A DNA stretch of 64,000 nucleotides from Basidiobolus meristosporus CBS 931.73 (Eukaryota; Fungi; Basidiobolomycota). The notes below the pieces were generated by a model. The model worked only from the letters and a program-made list of their open reading frames with translations. It ran no database searches and had not been told where the DNA came from. This document shows positions 20,720-33,500 of the stretch, piece after piece. Made by a program: the position numbers and the translations under genes. The stretch spans positions 1 to 64,000 of the forward strand of contig MCFE01000333.1 in assembly GCA_002104905.1 (NCBI GenBank), read 5' to 3'. Numbering within the stretch: position 1 is the stretch's first letter; every line of letters begins with the position of its first letter.

Positions 20720-22560
20720 TTACATATTGTTCAGCCTTTTCATTGATCTAACCATCTGTTTAATATATTTATCTTCACCCAATGTTCCCAACAAATAATC
20801 TATTTGAGACATAATTTGATGTTCCATATAATACAAAGGATTGACTTCTAATTCTTCTATTCTTGCCAATTCTTATGAATATACATCTTTTCACCTGGTT
20901 TATCACCCAAAGCTGTAAAAACATATTCTAATCTGGTGCCAGCATTTACCTTTATATTATTAGCTATTAATCATTCAGCCATGACAATTTAAGGGGGTTT
21001 GACTTTGTATTCATCTAGATTTTTAACAGATTTAGTGATGCTCAAAAGATCAATGGGAATATTTTACTCAGACAATCTGTAATATGTTTATTAACATTAG
21101 AAATAATCTGAACTTTGGGAAATTGTTAACCATATTGGTAATAGTAGTACTATAGAGATCTTTTGCAAATTGGCAATATCCTTGTTGGGCATTCATAACA
21201 CCCTTGTATTTAAGAGTGTGATTCTTGTACATAATATATCTCTTTTTAGACATAAGAATAATTATGTCATAGTATTCTTTAAAGTTAATTGCCATAGGTT
21301 GAGGAAGCATACGGGTACCATCTTTGCAAATATCATGGCACAGTTGGATATAATTGGATGCAGGGATAGGAGAAGTAGGAATAATCAGGCAGGAATCAGT
21401 GTCACCATAAATAACTCTGACTGGATAATTACAGGATATATGAGTGACAATCTGATCCAAATATTTTCTACCCATACAGGAAATAGATTCAACACGACCC
21501 AAATGGCTAAAATATTTATTCTTTTCAAAGCCCATGTTTGACACAATATTTCCCAACAAGACTCATCTGAGACAGGTTCAAGGATTTGAAAGCATCTCAT
21601 ATTTCTTCACAATGGATGTCATCTTTGTCAACACCTAAAAGTTTTTCAGAGACAAAATGTGAACTGTATTTTTTGAGTTTAAAACATTTAAGGTAAAGCA
21701 TAAGATCAACAATCAGGCACCATTCATTTCCACTTTGCAATAAGTGTTATAACCACATGCGCTACTTTCCCAATCTGCATGAACTCCATTAGTAGAGCCA
21801 TTAATAAGTCACAACATATTTTGGACAGGCTCTAAATAAAAGCTTAATTGTTCAAAGACATATTTAAAATCAAAGCCATGAGTATTTTATCCAGTAATAA
21901 TATCTGGATCTAAAGTTTGGACAAGAGAGCCTAACTTTTGAAGAAGCTCAACCTTGGTAGAGAAAAAAAGTTGGGAGATATTATCATTGGCAGGTTCATC
22001 AAAAGGTAGATTGGCAATAAAGAGGAGATTATTATCAAGTTTGCTAGACATGTAATCAGTCATAACAATACTAATCATCTCAAGCTTATTACCAGGTTTG
22101 TAAGTTTTGGGCATTCCAGAGTTAGCAGAGACCATTCATTCAATATTAAATGCCATAACTGATGGGAAAGTGGGCTTGTTACCATCAATGGGTGATATTT
22201 TTGTTGAATGACAAACATGCTAAGTTAGGAGATGGGTAATAGAGTTGCTGGGTTTGGTGTAGGCATCTTTAATCTGGACCCAACCAACAAAGGCAAGGCT
22301 GTATTTAGATGTAAAAATTGGAATACATTCAAATTTGTACATATAACATATAAATGAGGTAGCACATTGAACAAATTCTTTCATGTGCAAATAGTTTATG
22401 AAGTAATAATAATAAGAAATTTTTTATTTTTAATGGCAAGAGATGTTAGCATATAAACATCTTGGATGTTAAAATAAGCAATGTCATGATATTAGCAGAT
22501 GTCTTTAACTTCAGCAAGAGAAAGAAAAATATAACACCAAGGTTTAAGCCCATAAATAAC
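20720..22560 (-). pseudogene. polB: Family B DNA polymerase (RNA-primed type), intronless and decayed; probable large-DNA-virus origin
   Basis: Minus-strand translation across stops and frameshifts gives, in order: N-terminal YGLKPWCY, GWVQI, ExoI VMAF(N)IE, ExoII DPDIITG*NTHGFDFKY, VDL...KLKKYS..VSEKLLGVDKDD, ExoIII GKYCVK, ESISCMGRKYL, motif C VIYGDTDS, KKRY, and thumb SITKSV...YKVKPP...GTRLEYV...NPLYYMEHQI. Confidence 0.9.
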
Positions 22561-22616
22561 AAGTAGAATAGTTTAGTTGATACTTTTAGCATATCTGTTG
22601 ATACTTATGGGAGTGT

Positions 22617-23373
22617 TGTGGTGGTGTATAGGTCCAAGGGAAAGATACGTCCAACACTTCTCAAGTGTTTTGTGTGTGGGGTGTTCACTGGGTGCAATAA
22701 CCTCTGGCAAAAGCTTGCTAGGAATACCTGGGTTCTGTTTCTAATCTAATGTGAAGAGGAATAAAGCTCAAGCTTGTCAAGGGAAAACTATTGAGCTACA
22801 ATCCCCAACTTAGTTGGCGTCTTAACAAAAGTATGTGCTGGGTTCAGTGTCCTTTGAGATGACAATGTACTAAAGCTTCCAAAGTCAAAACAACTGTAAA
22901 CTCCACCAGCAGGGACTAGATAAGAATGCAGCTGTGGTCAATAGTTACAAAGACAGAAAAGTATCTTTGCCTGTGCAAGAACAAACTTGGGAAAGAATCA
23001 AATATAATAAAAGATACCTACTCTGAGTATTCCTCACAAGTAGTGCCTCCAAGGTCAGTTGGCTGTTAGTGTGGTTTCCTGGGAGTGTCCTGTGGTTGGG
23101 GTTGGAAGTTCAGGTGGCGGCAGGTAGCAGTGATCACACTAATCAACAAGTTGGTATATTGATAAAAGGGATGATGATTTATTGTAGAGGGATAGCCTCC
23201 CTTATATACTTTTCTCACTGGCTAAGTGATTACTAATCATGGTGTTCCAGAAGGTTCCGGATATCAATAGAAATATTAATGACATCAGAATGACCTAAGA
23301 ATGCTCTAAGTAGGTGCTGGAAGGTTCTAGGAGGCACAGCACATCCAACAAATCAGAAATCAGTATATGAAGC
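22617..23373 (+). repeat. Family Z LTR, 3'-truncated
   Basis: Starts TGTGGTGGTGTATAGG and is colinear with 26979-27720; breaks into CACTA sequence at about 23374. Confidence 0.85.
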
Positions 23374-24835
23374 TGTTCAAATCCCATCACAAACTCCTAA
23401 CATAACAGCTGTAGATGCGTCAAGTTGGCATTAGTGATCCACTTCTGGATAAGTATTCCTACAATATCCACATATGACTCCCAATGCTTCCAATGTACTC
23501 TTGGTAGGAATGGCTTCAGTACGCCACTTGAATAAATACATACCCAGTTCATCCAGTCTTTGCATTTGTATTGTTGCATATGTGTAAGAATATTGATTGG
23601 AGCCTATGAGAAGTACTTAGGGTAGCAGATACTCTGTAATGTCTTGCCAATTCTTTCAAATTTCTCCGGTATCTCAAAGGGCTCATTTAGCTTGAAATGC
23701 CCCATGTACAACATGTCATCAGTAAAGGGATATTGTTGAAAAGCAAATGTATTGCTCCCAGTGGAAAGCTTTCACACCAACACATACCTTCTATCTTAAG
23801 TATCTCTGGTTTCCAAGTGATTGCATATTCCAGTCAATGGCTTATAGCTTGCCAACTTTGATGCAATTGCATGCTGACTTCTGTTTGCTCTCTCTGTGGA
23901 AAGATGATGTTCTTAGTGCTGGTGTTTGGGTAATAATAATGTGCACAAGTTATGGAGTATATCCCCTGGATCCTACACATTTGACAGCAATACCATCAAT
24001 TGTGCCCAGAATAAACTGCTATCTTCCTAATGGCTGGGGTGTCTCCAATGCAGATAATAATATGCACTTTTTTATGACAACCTTTACTTTTGTCCTGCTG
24101 GAAAGCATAGAAAATTCATCCAGCAATGGATACATGTAGCTACCCAGGTTGGACAGTGATTTAGGCCCAGATACTGGTGAGACTACCATCTGATTATTGC
24201 TCTGATATTGTAAGATGACAGCAGAGTCAGATTGATGAGAATCAATGGCCAGCAGGATATGCTGGTTGAGTACTTGTTTAATGAGAATCTATCAAGTGCT
24301 AAAGCAAAGGCAGGGTCATACATACCTTCAGAGTAGCCCTTGCTTCTTAGCTTTTTGTAATATTTGACATGAAATATGTTGGATATGTCTGTGCTTGATT
24401 GATACTGGGTACAGTACTGTAGAGCTTTGCAATATTTGTTGGACTGCATCAGTTTCCTCAGACAGGCTATGACCAGAATACATCTGGAGTGTGAACAATG
24501 TTTTCCCTCAGTGGTGGTGGATTCCTGACAATTTGGACACATTGTAATGGTAGCATTTTTGGATATGAATGCCATGCAGCTGTTAACATATGCTGGAATC
24601 AGGGCAGTTTCTGGATCATATGTTGCCAGCCACATGATGATTGTCCACTAGTATCATGTACATGATAAGTTGCATCCTGGTATGATTTTGGCAGGAATTA
24701 GTAATATATCCTCAAAGCCCCCATTACTAATATTAGTGGAGATGTGCCACTTCTCTAGCCACAACATTACTTCATTCACCAGTATATGGATTACTGGGTT
24801 CACTTGGCTCCATAAAGTATCCTTGGCATTTGTGA
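23374..24835 (-). mobile_element. Degenerate CACTA transposase
   Basis: YKCKDWMNW..YSSGVLKPFLP..HWKHW, KVHIIICIGDTPAI-like, GHN...YPC..C, and DPETALIPAYVNSCMAF...CPNC. Confidence 0.85.
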
Positions 24836-25320
24836 AGGGATCAGTACCTCTTAGTCACAGGACTTTAACTTTGTGATGGCCTTTTGATGCGATTATCTCA
24901 ATAACTCCTCACAGGGATACATGGAAGTCAGTCAAGCCAAAGGGGAAATGGGGTTACATATATGTGTGCATGTGGTGTCACAACTGTATTGATAATGCTT
25001 ACTATGACAGGTGATCATTGAATCTTACATTCATGTAGGTGCAATGTCTCAAACACAAGACAGTCTTGAATTTACATGAGTATTGATAAAAAAGTGACAT
25101 AATAGCATTATGTTGTTGAGTGACCAACTATTTGCCCCATAGACAAGACTACTTTAATTCAACGCCATAAGAGAAGAGTAAAAATACCATATGGCTATTG
25201 TAGCAAGCCTCTCAGCCATAAGTTTGCATATAGCATAGGAAGTATTACTAGAATCACAGTCAGTGTTTTGCCACATAAGTCATATTTTACCATTCACCAG
25301 TTACTATTGTACCAACAATA

Positions 25321-26021
25321 GACTTGCTTTGTTGGATAGTGCAACCTTGAGCCATTGAGTGCCAAATGATGCCAAAGGGTGCCAGGAAGGCCAAGTGTAC
25401 CTATACTTGGCCACAGAGTGTGAAACATAGTTATACATTCTCATGCAGAGCAGCCCCTGTGTTTCACCCATTGTGTGGAAGAGAATTTGTTTTTTGACCT
25501 TTTTTTGCAATCATCATTGTGCAAGATGTACATAGGCACAGAAGAGCTGAGGACATACATCTGGTACTCAATACCCATGGCACTCTGAACCTAGCTCCTG
25601 TAGCTTGTTACATGCCACAAAAATGCATGGCATTGTCTTGGTCCACTAGCACTATCTGCCACTATATTTATATATCAGCCCAAAGTAAAACCTATACAAG
25701 TCACATATAGTGCCATGCATTTTTGTGAAATGTTACAAGCCACAGGAGCTAGATTCAGAGTGCCAGCAGTATTGAGTATCAGATGATTGCCTTCAGCTTG
25801 TCGGTCCTCCTGCAAATTATGCCAACATTTATTACAAGAAGAAGGGCAAAAAATGGACTTTCTCCATCACAATGGGTGAAACACATGGGCTACTTTGCAT
25901 GAAGATGAAGTTCTATATTTCACATTCCATGGTCATGTATAAGTGCACCTGGCCTACCTGGCACACTGTGGCAGCACTTGGCACTTATGGCTCATTGTGG
26001 CACTATCCATAAGAACAAGTC
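25321..26021. mobile_element. Foldback MITE with very long TIRs and TA target duplication (701 bp)
   Basis: TA|GACTTGC...ACAAGTC|TA. The left ~320 bp is the imperfect reverse complement of the right ~320 bp around a short spacer, and the flanks rejoin as CACTA sequence. Confidence 0.85.
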
Positions 26022-26978
26022 TAATATGTTGCTGGATGCCTGATATTTCTATGAAGGCACCTAGGTATACTTGTCACCTTGCACAAGCTGAGTCAGGTGA
26101 GTTTGCAACACCTTTAGGTTCACAACAGCCTTATGAATGTGACATGCAGAGTAATAGCTCTGAAGAAACAGGCTCCCTGATGGATTGTGAGCCTATCTTC
26201 TCTAGAAACAGTACCCCGCATGAGCCTGGCAAGATCCATTTATGCAATGTGACAACATCCATGGAAAAAAATGTCAAGGGTACTTTATGGAGTTGAGTGA
26301 GCCCAGTAAGCCATCTACTGGTGAATGTGATGTTGTGGCTAGAAAAGTTGCTTGTTTCCACTAATAGTAGTAATGGTGGCTTCAGGATTTACTACTACTT
26401 CTTGCCAAAATTATACCAGGATGCAACTTACCATGACACTTAATGGATTTTCATTATACAAGTACTCTACCAGCCAATCATGCTGGCCACTAATTCTCAT
26501 CAACCTGAATCTGCCATCTATCTAAAGGTTTTGGAGCAGAAATCTGATGGTAGCTTCACTGGTATCTGCACCTAAATCACTGTCCAACCTGAGTAGGTAC
26601 CTGTATCCATTGCTGGATGAATTTTGTATGCTTTCCTGCTGGATAACAGTAAATGGTTGTCATGTAAAAGCGCATATTATTATCTGCATTGGAGATACCC
26701 CAGCCATCCACAGTATAGCCTACATTTCTGGGCACAAAGAGTGGTATTGCTGTCAAATATGTGAGATCCAGGGGACTTACTCCATAACTAACACACATTA
26801 TTATAACCCAAACACCAACACTAAGGACACCATCTTACCGCAGAGAGAAGACACAGAAGTTGGCATGCAATTGCAGCAAGACTGGCAAGCTCAAAGCTAT
26901 TGGCTGGAATATGGAATTAGTTGGTGACTGGAGATACTAAGATAGAGGGAACCTGTTGGAGCAAAAGCTTTCTACTGG

Positions 26979-28008
26979 TGTGGTGGTGTATAGGTCCATG
27001 GGAGAGATATGTCCAACACTTCTGGGGTGTTCACTGGGTGCAATAACTTCTGGCAAAAGCTTGATAGGAATACTTGGGTTCTGTGTCTAATCTAATGTGA
27101 AGGGGAATAAAGCCACAAGCTTGTCAAGGGAAAACTATAGACCTACAATCCCCAACTTAGTTGGCATATTAACAAAAGTATGTGCTGGGTTCAGTGTCTG
27201 TTGAGATGACAATGTACTAAAGCTTCCAAAGTCAAAACAACTGTAAACTCCACCAGCAGGGACTTGATAAGAATGCGGCTGTGGTCAATAGTTGCAAAGA
27301 CAGAAGAGTATCCTTGCCTGTGCAAGAACAAACTTGGGAAAGAATCAAATATAATAAAAGATACCTACTCTGAGTATTCCTCACAAGTAGTGCCTCCAAG
27401 GTCAGTTGGCTGTCAGTGTGGTTTCCTGGGAGTGTCCTGTGGTTGGGGTTGGAAGTTCAGGTGGCAGCAGGTAGCAGTGATCACACTAATCAACAAGTTG
27501 GAATATTGATAAAAGGGAAGATGATTTATTGTTGAGGGATAGCCTCCCTTATATACTTTTCTCACTGGCTAAGTGATTACTAAGCATGGTGTTCCAGAAG
27601 GTTCCGGATATCAATAGAAATCTTAATGACATCAGAATGACCTAAGAATGCTCTAAGTAGGTGCCCAAAGGTTCTAAGAGGCACAGCACATCCAACCAAT
27701 CAGGAATCAGTATTCTGAAACCTGTGTAACATAGGAAATGGTAGGGATGGTGAAATGGGTTGATCATGTGTCACGGGTACTGGCGCGGGTACTTGCCTAA
27801 TATAGAAGCACTTATAGCATGTAATCTGACATAAAGTGAGGGGTAACTTATGCAATAAGGTAAGCAGGTGTGATAGTCAACCGGCTTATGGGATAGAACT
27901 GATTGGGTAAGACAAATGGGATAAAAATAAGTGTAGTAGAGGTATAGGGAAGTAGAAAATAAGGGAATGAGCACATCTGACAGTGGGTGCCACTGTCACC
28001 CCACTACA
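26979..28008 (+). repeat. Solo LTR, family Z (1030 bp)
   Basis: TGTGGTGG...CCACTACA with flanks CTGG and CTAG (4-bp TSD, one mismatch), inserted in a CACTA transposase. Confidence 0.85.
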
Positions 28009-29404
28009 CTAGGAGCAATGCATTTGCTGTGCAACAAGATCCCCTTATAGAAGACTAAGTTGTAAGTTAGTCCATTTCAAGCCAAAAGAGACCTTTGAGA
28101 TACTGGAGAAATTTCAAGAAAATGGCAAGATGTTACAGAGCATCTGCTGCACTAAATACTACTCACAAGATCCAATCAAAATTCATATGCATATGCAACA
28201 ATACCAGTGCAAGGACTTGACAAACTGGACATTTACATAATCATGCCACCTTCTGAAGCCAATTCTACAAGTAGTACATTGGAAACATGAGGGGTTATAT
28301 GTGAACATTGTAGGAATATTTCTCTAGAAGCAGTTCACCATTGCCAACTTGACACATCTACAGCTTTTGTGCAAAGCATACATGAGAGGATTTGAGCAGC
28401 TATACTACAAATATAAGGCTGGGAGTGTAGATCTCTGCCACTACTGTATCCATTAGCTACCACTTCTGGCTTGGTGTGTAGAGAATATTGAGTTGTGCTT
28501 CACCTTTTGAGAGTTACCCATGCAGCAGATGTGTGGGGATATTGGATGAGAGGTCAATTTCTACATTGTTCAACATGGAATTTACACAAACAAAAGCCAA
28601 AATGCACCTATAAGGGGGACTAGAATCCGGCAGGGAGAAGGAATAAATTGGCTCAATACCAAAAAAGCTCTTTGTGGATATTCAGGAGGTGTTGATGGCA
28701 GAAGTGGTGGCTGCTAATCATATGTTTGCAAGATGTATGTGTTACCAGCAGTATAAGGTATATGGCAGCTTTGCAAGTATTCCACTAAAAAGCCATAAAG
28801 CTGAGGTGATAGAAGTGTGTCCATTGTGGCAGGTGTGTATGTTTGCAGTGGTTAGCAAGCAGGAGGCCAAAGTATTTTTTGATCCAAGCTATTTGTGGAA
28901 TACCCAAGGTAGTAGTGAGTAAGGAAATAAAGAGGGGCAATTCTACAATGGAATATGTGAATTGCTCAAGGGAAGGTAGAAAAAGAAAATATCACTTAGT
29001 AAATTGGTACAGCAGCATTATGCAGAACCAGCTGTAGGCTACCATAGTGCGGTAACAATACCGTCACAGGCCCACAATGAGGCCATCAAAACGCCATAAA
29101 GTTAGTAGCCATTTATGGCTATTGGATGCACTGGCTGTCTAGATCCAATCAAATAGCTGTTGAGCACACTACAAATACAACATTGCCATGCCACCCTTGC
29201 CTAAACACCACACAAACACCAGTATGTTTTTTAACTTAAATTGGCTGTAAAGTTAGTCAAATGCTGCTGTAATCCCATCATATGATTGTGTAGATAGTCA
29301 TTAATTCCAAATTGCTGGTATTATAGCGGTCTCCTGATAGGATCTTGACAGCCAATCCAGATTGGATCCACCTGTGGGTCCAAATTATTTTTCATAGGGT
29401 TCAG

Positions 29405-29570
29405 TGTCAAGAAAAACACAGTTGAAGGCACTTTATTCTTTCTTCTTGCACTTTAAGGCTTCCACTCTCACGTTATTAGGTGGGCATACTTCCCCCATGA
29501 CAACAGCCCAAAGGCTTCTTTCTTGTAGCAACATCTTCAGCTTCACCTTCCACTTCATGATCAACACAAA
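29405..29570 (-). mobile_element. Copia gag N-terminal fragment
   Basis: KWKVKLKMLLQERSLWAVVMGEVCPPN matches gag at 7430-7702. Confidence 0.7.
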
Positions 29571-30568
29571 CATTAAAGTCAGATCTGTTACCATTGGGAG
29601 AGATTATAGTTCACTTATACATATAGCCACACATAATCATGGTTTTGTATTTCTCTCCTTCAAATATAATTGGGTTAGCACCTTTCCAAGCTTTTTGGAC
29701 CATGGTAGAATTGCTTTGATTAAAAAATACTATGGAATAAATTTGGGAAGATTGTTTTGGGCCTAGTTGTAGAGTACCAAACATATATCAGGAGATCTCT
29801 ATCAGAAGAAAAAGTTTTATCTAAAGTAATTTGGATGTTCCCTTCTTTGAAAGTATAAGTATATAGGTGGAATCATAAATTTGCATATCACATACCATTT
29901 CAATGCACCTATGGTATCAGTATATTAAACTGATTTCAGAAAACTGATCCCTGATTGATTGAATACATTTTGTACTCTAAAACCTTAAAGTCAGCAGGGA
30001 CTTGATATGAATACAGTTGTGGTCAGTAGTCACAAAGAAAGCAAAGTATGTTAGCCTGCCCATACATAGAAATATATCTTTGCTTGTACAAGAATAAACT
30101 TGAGATAGAATCAAATAAGATAGATGACAGCTACTCTGGGTATTCCTCAAAAACAGTACCCTTGAGGTCAGTTGGCTGTCAGCACAATTTCCAGGAAGTC
30201 TCATGTGGTCTAAGATTGGAGGTTCAGGTAGCAGCAGGTAGCAGTGATCACACTAATTAACAAGTTGATATATTGATAAATGGGATGCTGGTTTGTGGTT
30301 GAGGGATTGCCTCCCTTTTATACATTTCTCACTGGCTAAGTGATTATAATCCTGGTGTACTGGAAGGTTCTTGAGATCAATGGATATCTCAATAACTTCA
30401 AAAGGAGCTAAGAATCTTCTAAGCATATGCTAGAAGGCTCTAAGAGTTACAACATATCCAACAAATTAGGGATCAGTATTCTGAAACCTGTGTACCATAA
30501 GGTTGCTATGTATGGAGTGAAAATGTTAGGAATGGTGATACTGTTTTGTCAGGTGTCACAGGTACTGG

Positions 30569-33500
30569 TGCGGTGGTGTGAGGTACTCCTTAGAGAAGCT
30601 ATACAGCTCAAAGTGTGTGAGGAGTCTGATGGGTGCAATAGCCTCTGGGTCTATGCTACTAATGTCTTTGTTAATATGTCACTATGGTAAAAGCTCCTAC
30701 TTCTCTAGCCTCCTAGGTGCTCCAAGTGTCTCCAAAAGCCTCTGTGTGTCCTATGGACTACCTTGAAAAGCTTCTTGATGGTAAGTCTGAGGTGTACTGT
30801 AGAAGATAGGTACAGTGCTTCACTGCTAATTAATAAGGGAGAAGTGTTACTGATAGAAGGGATGATTTATTTATGAGGAATTTACTTCCCTTGATTACTT
30901 TTCCTAATTGCCAAGGGATCACCAATGACAAGGTTTTAGAAGATTCTAGGCATCAGTAGAATTCTTGATGACATCACAACTGTTAAATTTTCTGAGGAGT
31001 AGTGGAAGTGATATGGCAAACTAGAAGATTTACATGCTATTCATTTGCAGATTCATTGATCAAAGTATGGTATTTAAACTTTTGATGAAGTAGAGCAATT
31101 ATATGTGTAGAGATTGCTAAGGAAGGTTCCAAGAAAATGTGTGCAACACTTGGGTGCATTTGGACAACTTTGAGAAAGGTCATAATGTGGGTACCTGATA
31201 ATTGGGTGAAAATATTCTAAGTAAATCCCAACAGGAAACTTTGTCAGGAGAGAATCTAATCAAAGAATAAGATCTGTATGACTGTGCTAGCATGAATATT
31301 TAGGTGACAACTTAATAATTACAACACTCTCACTCACAAATATTCATTAGTAATAAATACATATTAAGATTGTTCAATTTGTAATATGAGTATAAAAACT
31401 CAAATGTGATGCAAACTGGACTAATATATTATCCAACAATGTATGCATTTGTGTTCAACTTAGTCAAACAAGTAACTTGTAACTCAATGTGCGTTTCTAT
31501 CTAATAGTATGCCTTAATATCTGAATGATCTGATCAAAATACTAATCATCATCTTTGATTAGTTGTACAGGATTAAGTAATAAGCTAAGTCTAATTGTGA
31601 GATTTTAATGATGATATTTAGCCTCAGGGATATTTAATGCTTTAAATTTGAGCAAACATGATCAACTTTTGGTACAGTTAAGGTTTTGACATTCACAGCA
31701 GATTGGGAGGCTCCTTATTTGCAGGCAATAGTCCATTTCATTTAGCCAACTTCACTGCATATCCATATTAGGCTCAGTGACAGTTGGTTCCATCAAGTAG
31801 AGTCTATATGTGGTAAAAGAGCTGACCTATATTGGATCAGGTTAAGGTTTTGTCATTAACGCCTGATCCAAATAATCCTCATTTCCTGGTGCAGAGGCAC
31901 ATACAACATGGCAAAAAAAGGTTTTGCCCAACTCTGAGCAGGGATGGCATGCTCCCACTTGAGCCACATCAGTTTAGTGATTCAAATCCACAAAAATGAT
32001 CCCTGCACTGTTTTCCTTCAGCTCCATATATAGCAGACACCATGACTGCTGCTTGAGATAATCTGCTCCAAAATATACTACAATATCTGACAGATCCTGT
32101 TGAAGAATGAAGGCACTTCTGGAGTTTTTGGCTTAGGAGCTTTGTAGAAGGGGCTCCATGAAGCTTATCTGCCTTGCCAGATAATAAAGATATAGCCTAT
32201 ATAGGTTTTGGCTCCATTTGAATAGTACCCTAATTTGCAGTAGTAGTATTTTCCCATCTTTCTTCTTTTTCTTTTTCTGCTGATGATCCAAGGAAAATTC
32301 CTTTTGTGGGATAGTTCTGGACTTCCATACAGATGGGACAATGGGTGTTTTAGCATAGAAGTCCGCATGATATCATTGCTTCAGAATATATGACTATTTC
32401 AGAGTGATATCACCAAAATTGACATCCATTTAGATCAGTCATAAAATTTAATAGAATGGTCCAAAAATGATCAAATAAGCTGCATTTGAAAGCTAGTTTC
32501 ATCAGTAATTTCATCTCAGACTTCTATGTATCAGCTTTTTTAGTTGTGGAGGTTGGCAGTGACTTGATCAATCAAAATTCTTCTGTTCTGATCTAGAGAA
32601 TCAAATATCACCAAATGCTTTCTCCCACTATGCAATGTGATATATCATGTTTAAAGTACCTTAGTATCTTCTGAATAGCATGTAATTGTATAATGGCACA
32701 CTGTTGCTTTACTGTATGCTTGGTTTGCTTCACACTTTCTGGCTAGTGGTAGAATCTTCTTGAGTTAACTTTGCTAAATTGGCATAATACTTTCCAAAAC
32801 CTTTTAGAGACTTTAGCAGAGAAATAGCACATCTAACAGCTCCATATATAGCTACTGGTACATTGGTTTCAGTATCAAAACACCTGGTACAAATATAGCC
32901 TTCTTCCATTGGATTGTGTAGCATATCTCCATACTCCAGGTGGATATATATTTATTATATATGACAAGGATCCTTACAATTCATAGTGCTTGCCTCTGAG
33001 ATCTTCTTTCATCAATAGATAGTCCAAAAAGGCAGTTAACAGCTCCAGAATTTGCATTATCAGCCATATTTTGAGCAGCAACAGATTTGATAATATCTTC
33101 TCATAGCAATTGTTCAATAATGATCTACAATCTTTTTAACAATTTAGGATACTATTCTATCTAAAAGCCAGCGTAACAGAATATTGAGGTCATATGAATA
33201 TATAGCTATATATCTCATTTTAGATCTGTGCCCTCAATTGCTGGAACTACGCAATTTTCTTCAGTATTAATAGAGTACAAACATACTATATTTCTTGACA
33301 TATTTACGTGTTGGTATGATGAACTCTCCTTTATAACTAGCCTGAGTAGCTACTGAATGGGTCATTTGAAGGCAAGGCCTTCTTCTCCACAGCAATATCC
33401 TCATAAACATATACCTTTTGGCAGAGGTAGTCATCTTTGACTTTAGCAGAGCAATAATGTAGAAAGTTTTTCTCTAAACTTGCAAAAAAAAATCCAAGGC

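Larger units (their letters stand above)
24880..29400 (+). mobile_element. Degenerate CACTA copy (spacer, transposase, 3' region) interrupted by a MITE and a family Z solo LTR
   Basis: SAPKSLSNLSRYLYPLLDEFCML...KAHIIICIGDTPAI...GHKEWYCCQIC (26547-26927). Transposase sequence resumes after 28012, and the C-terminal FARC.CYQQYKVYG...VIEV motif is at 28674-28922. Confidence 0.8.

Noticed and set aside
21068-21559. Functional 163-aa polymerase gene as given by the ORF track
   Set aside because: It is one open piece of a pseudogene with many stops, frameshifts and a deletion of motif A.
20720-22560. Polinton/Maverick or linear-plasmid protein-primed polymerase
   Set aside because: The ExoII context (DPDIITGYN..FD), the K.D/YC ExoIII region and the thumb are of the RNA-primed delta-like type. 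No integrase, capsid, ATPase or long TIRs are seen nearby.
28002-28008. CACTACA read as a CACTA terminal inverted repeat
   Set aside because: It is the 3' end of LTR-Z facing outward, and the sequence after it differs in every copy. True CACTA termini were not found in the window.
27979-28012. Hairpin followed 11 nt later by CTAG, resembling a Helitron 3' end
   Set aside because: CTAG is copy-specific flank (other copies end in GTGC, CTAC or ATGC). The family has TG...CA ends and 4-bp TSDs, which Helitrons lack.
29600-29700. GEKYKTMIMCGYMYKR resembling the RPB2 C-terminal GE....IF.G..YYQRL motif
   Set aside because: The invariant following motif (HMV.DK.HAR) is absent, so the similarity is too short to support a call.
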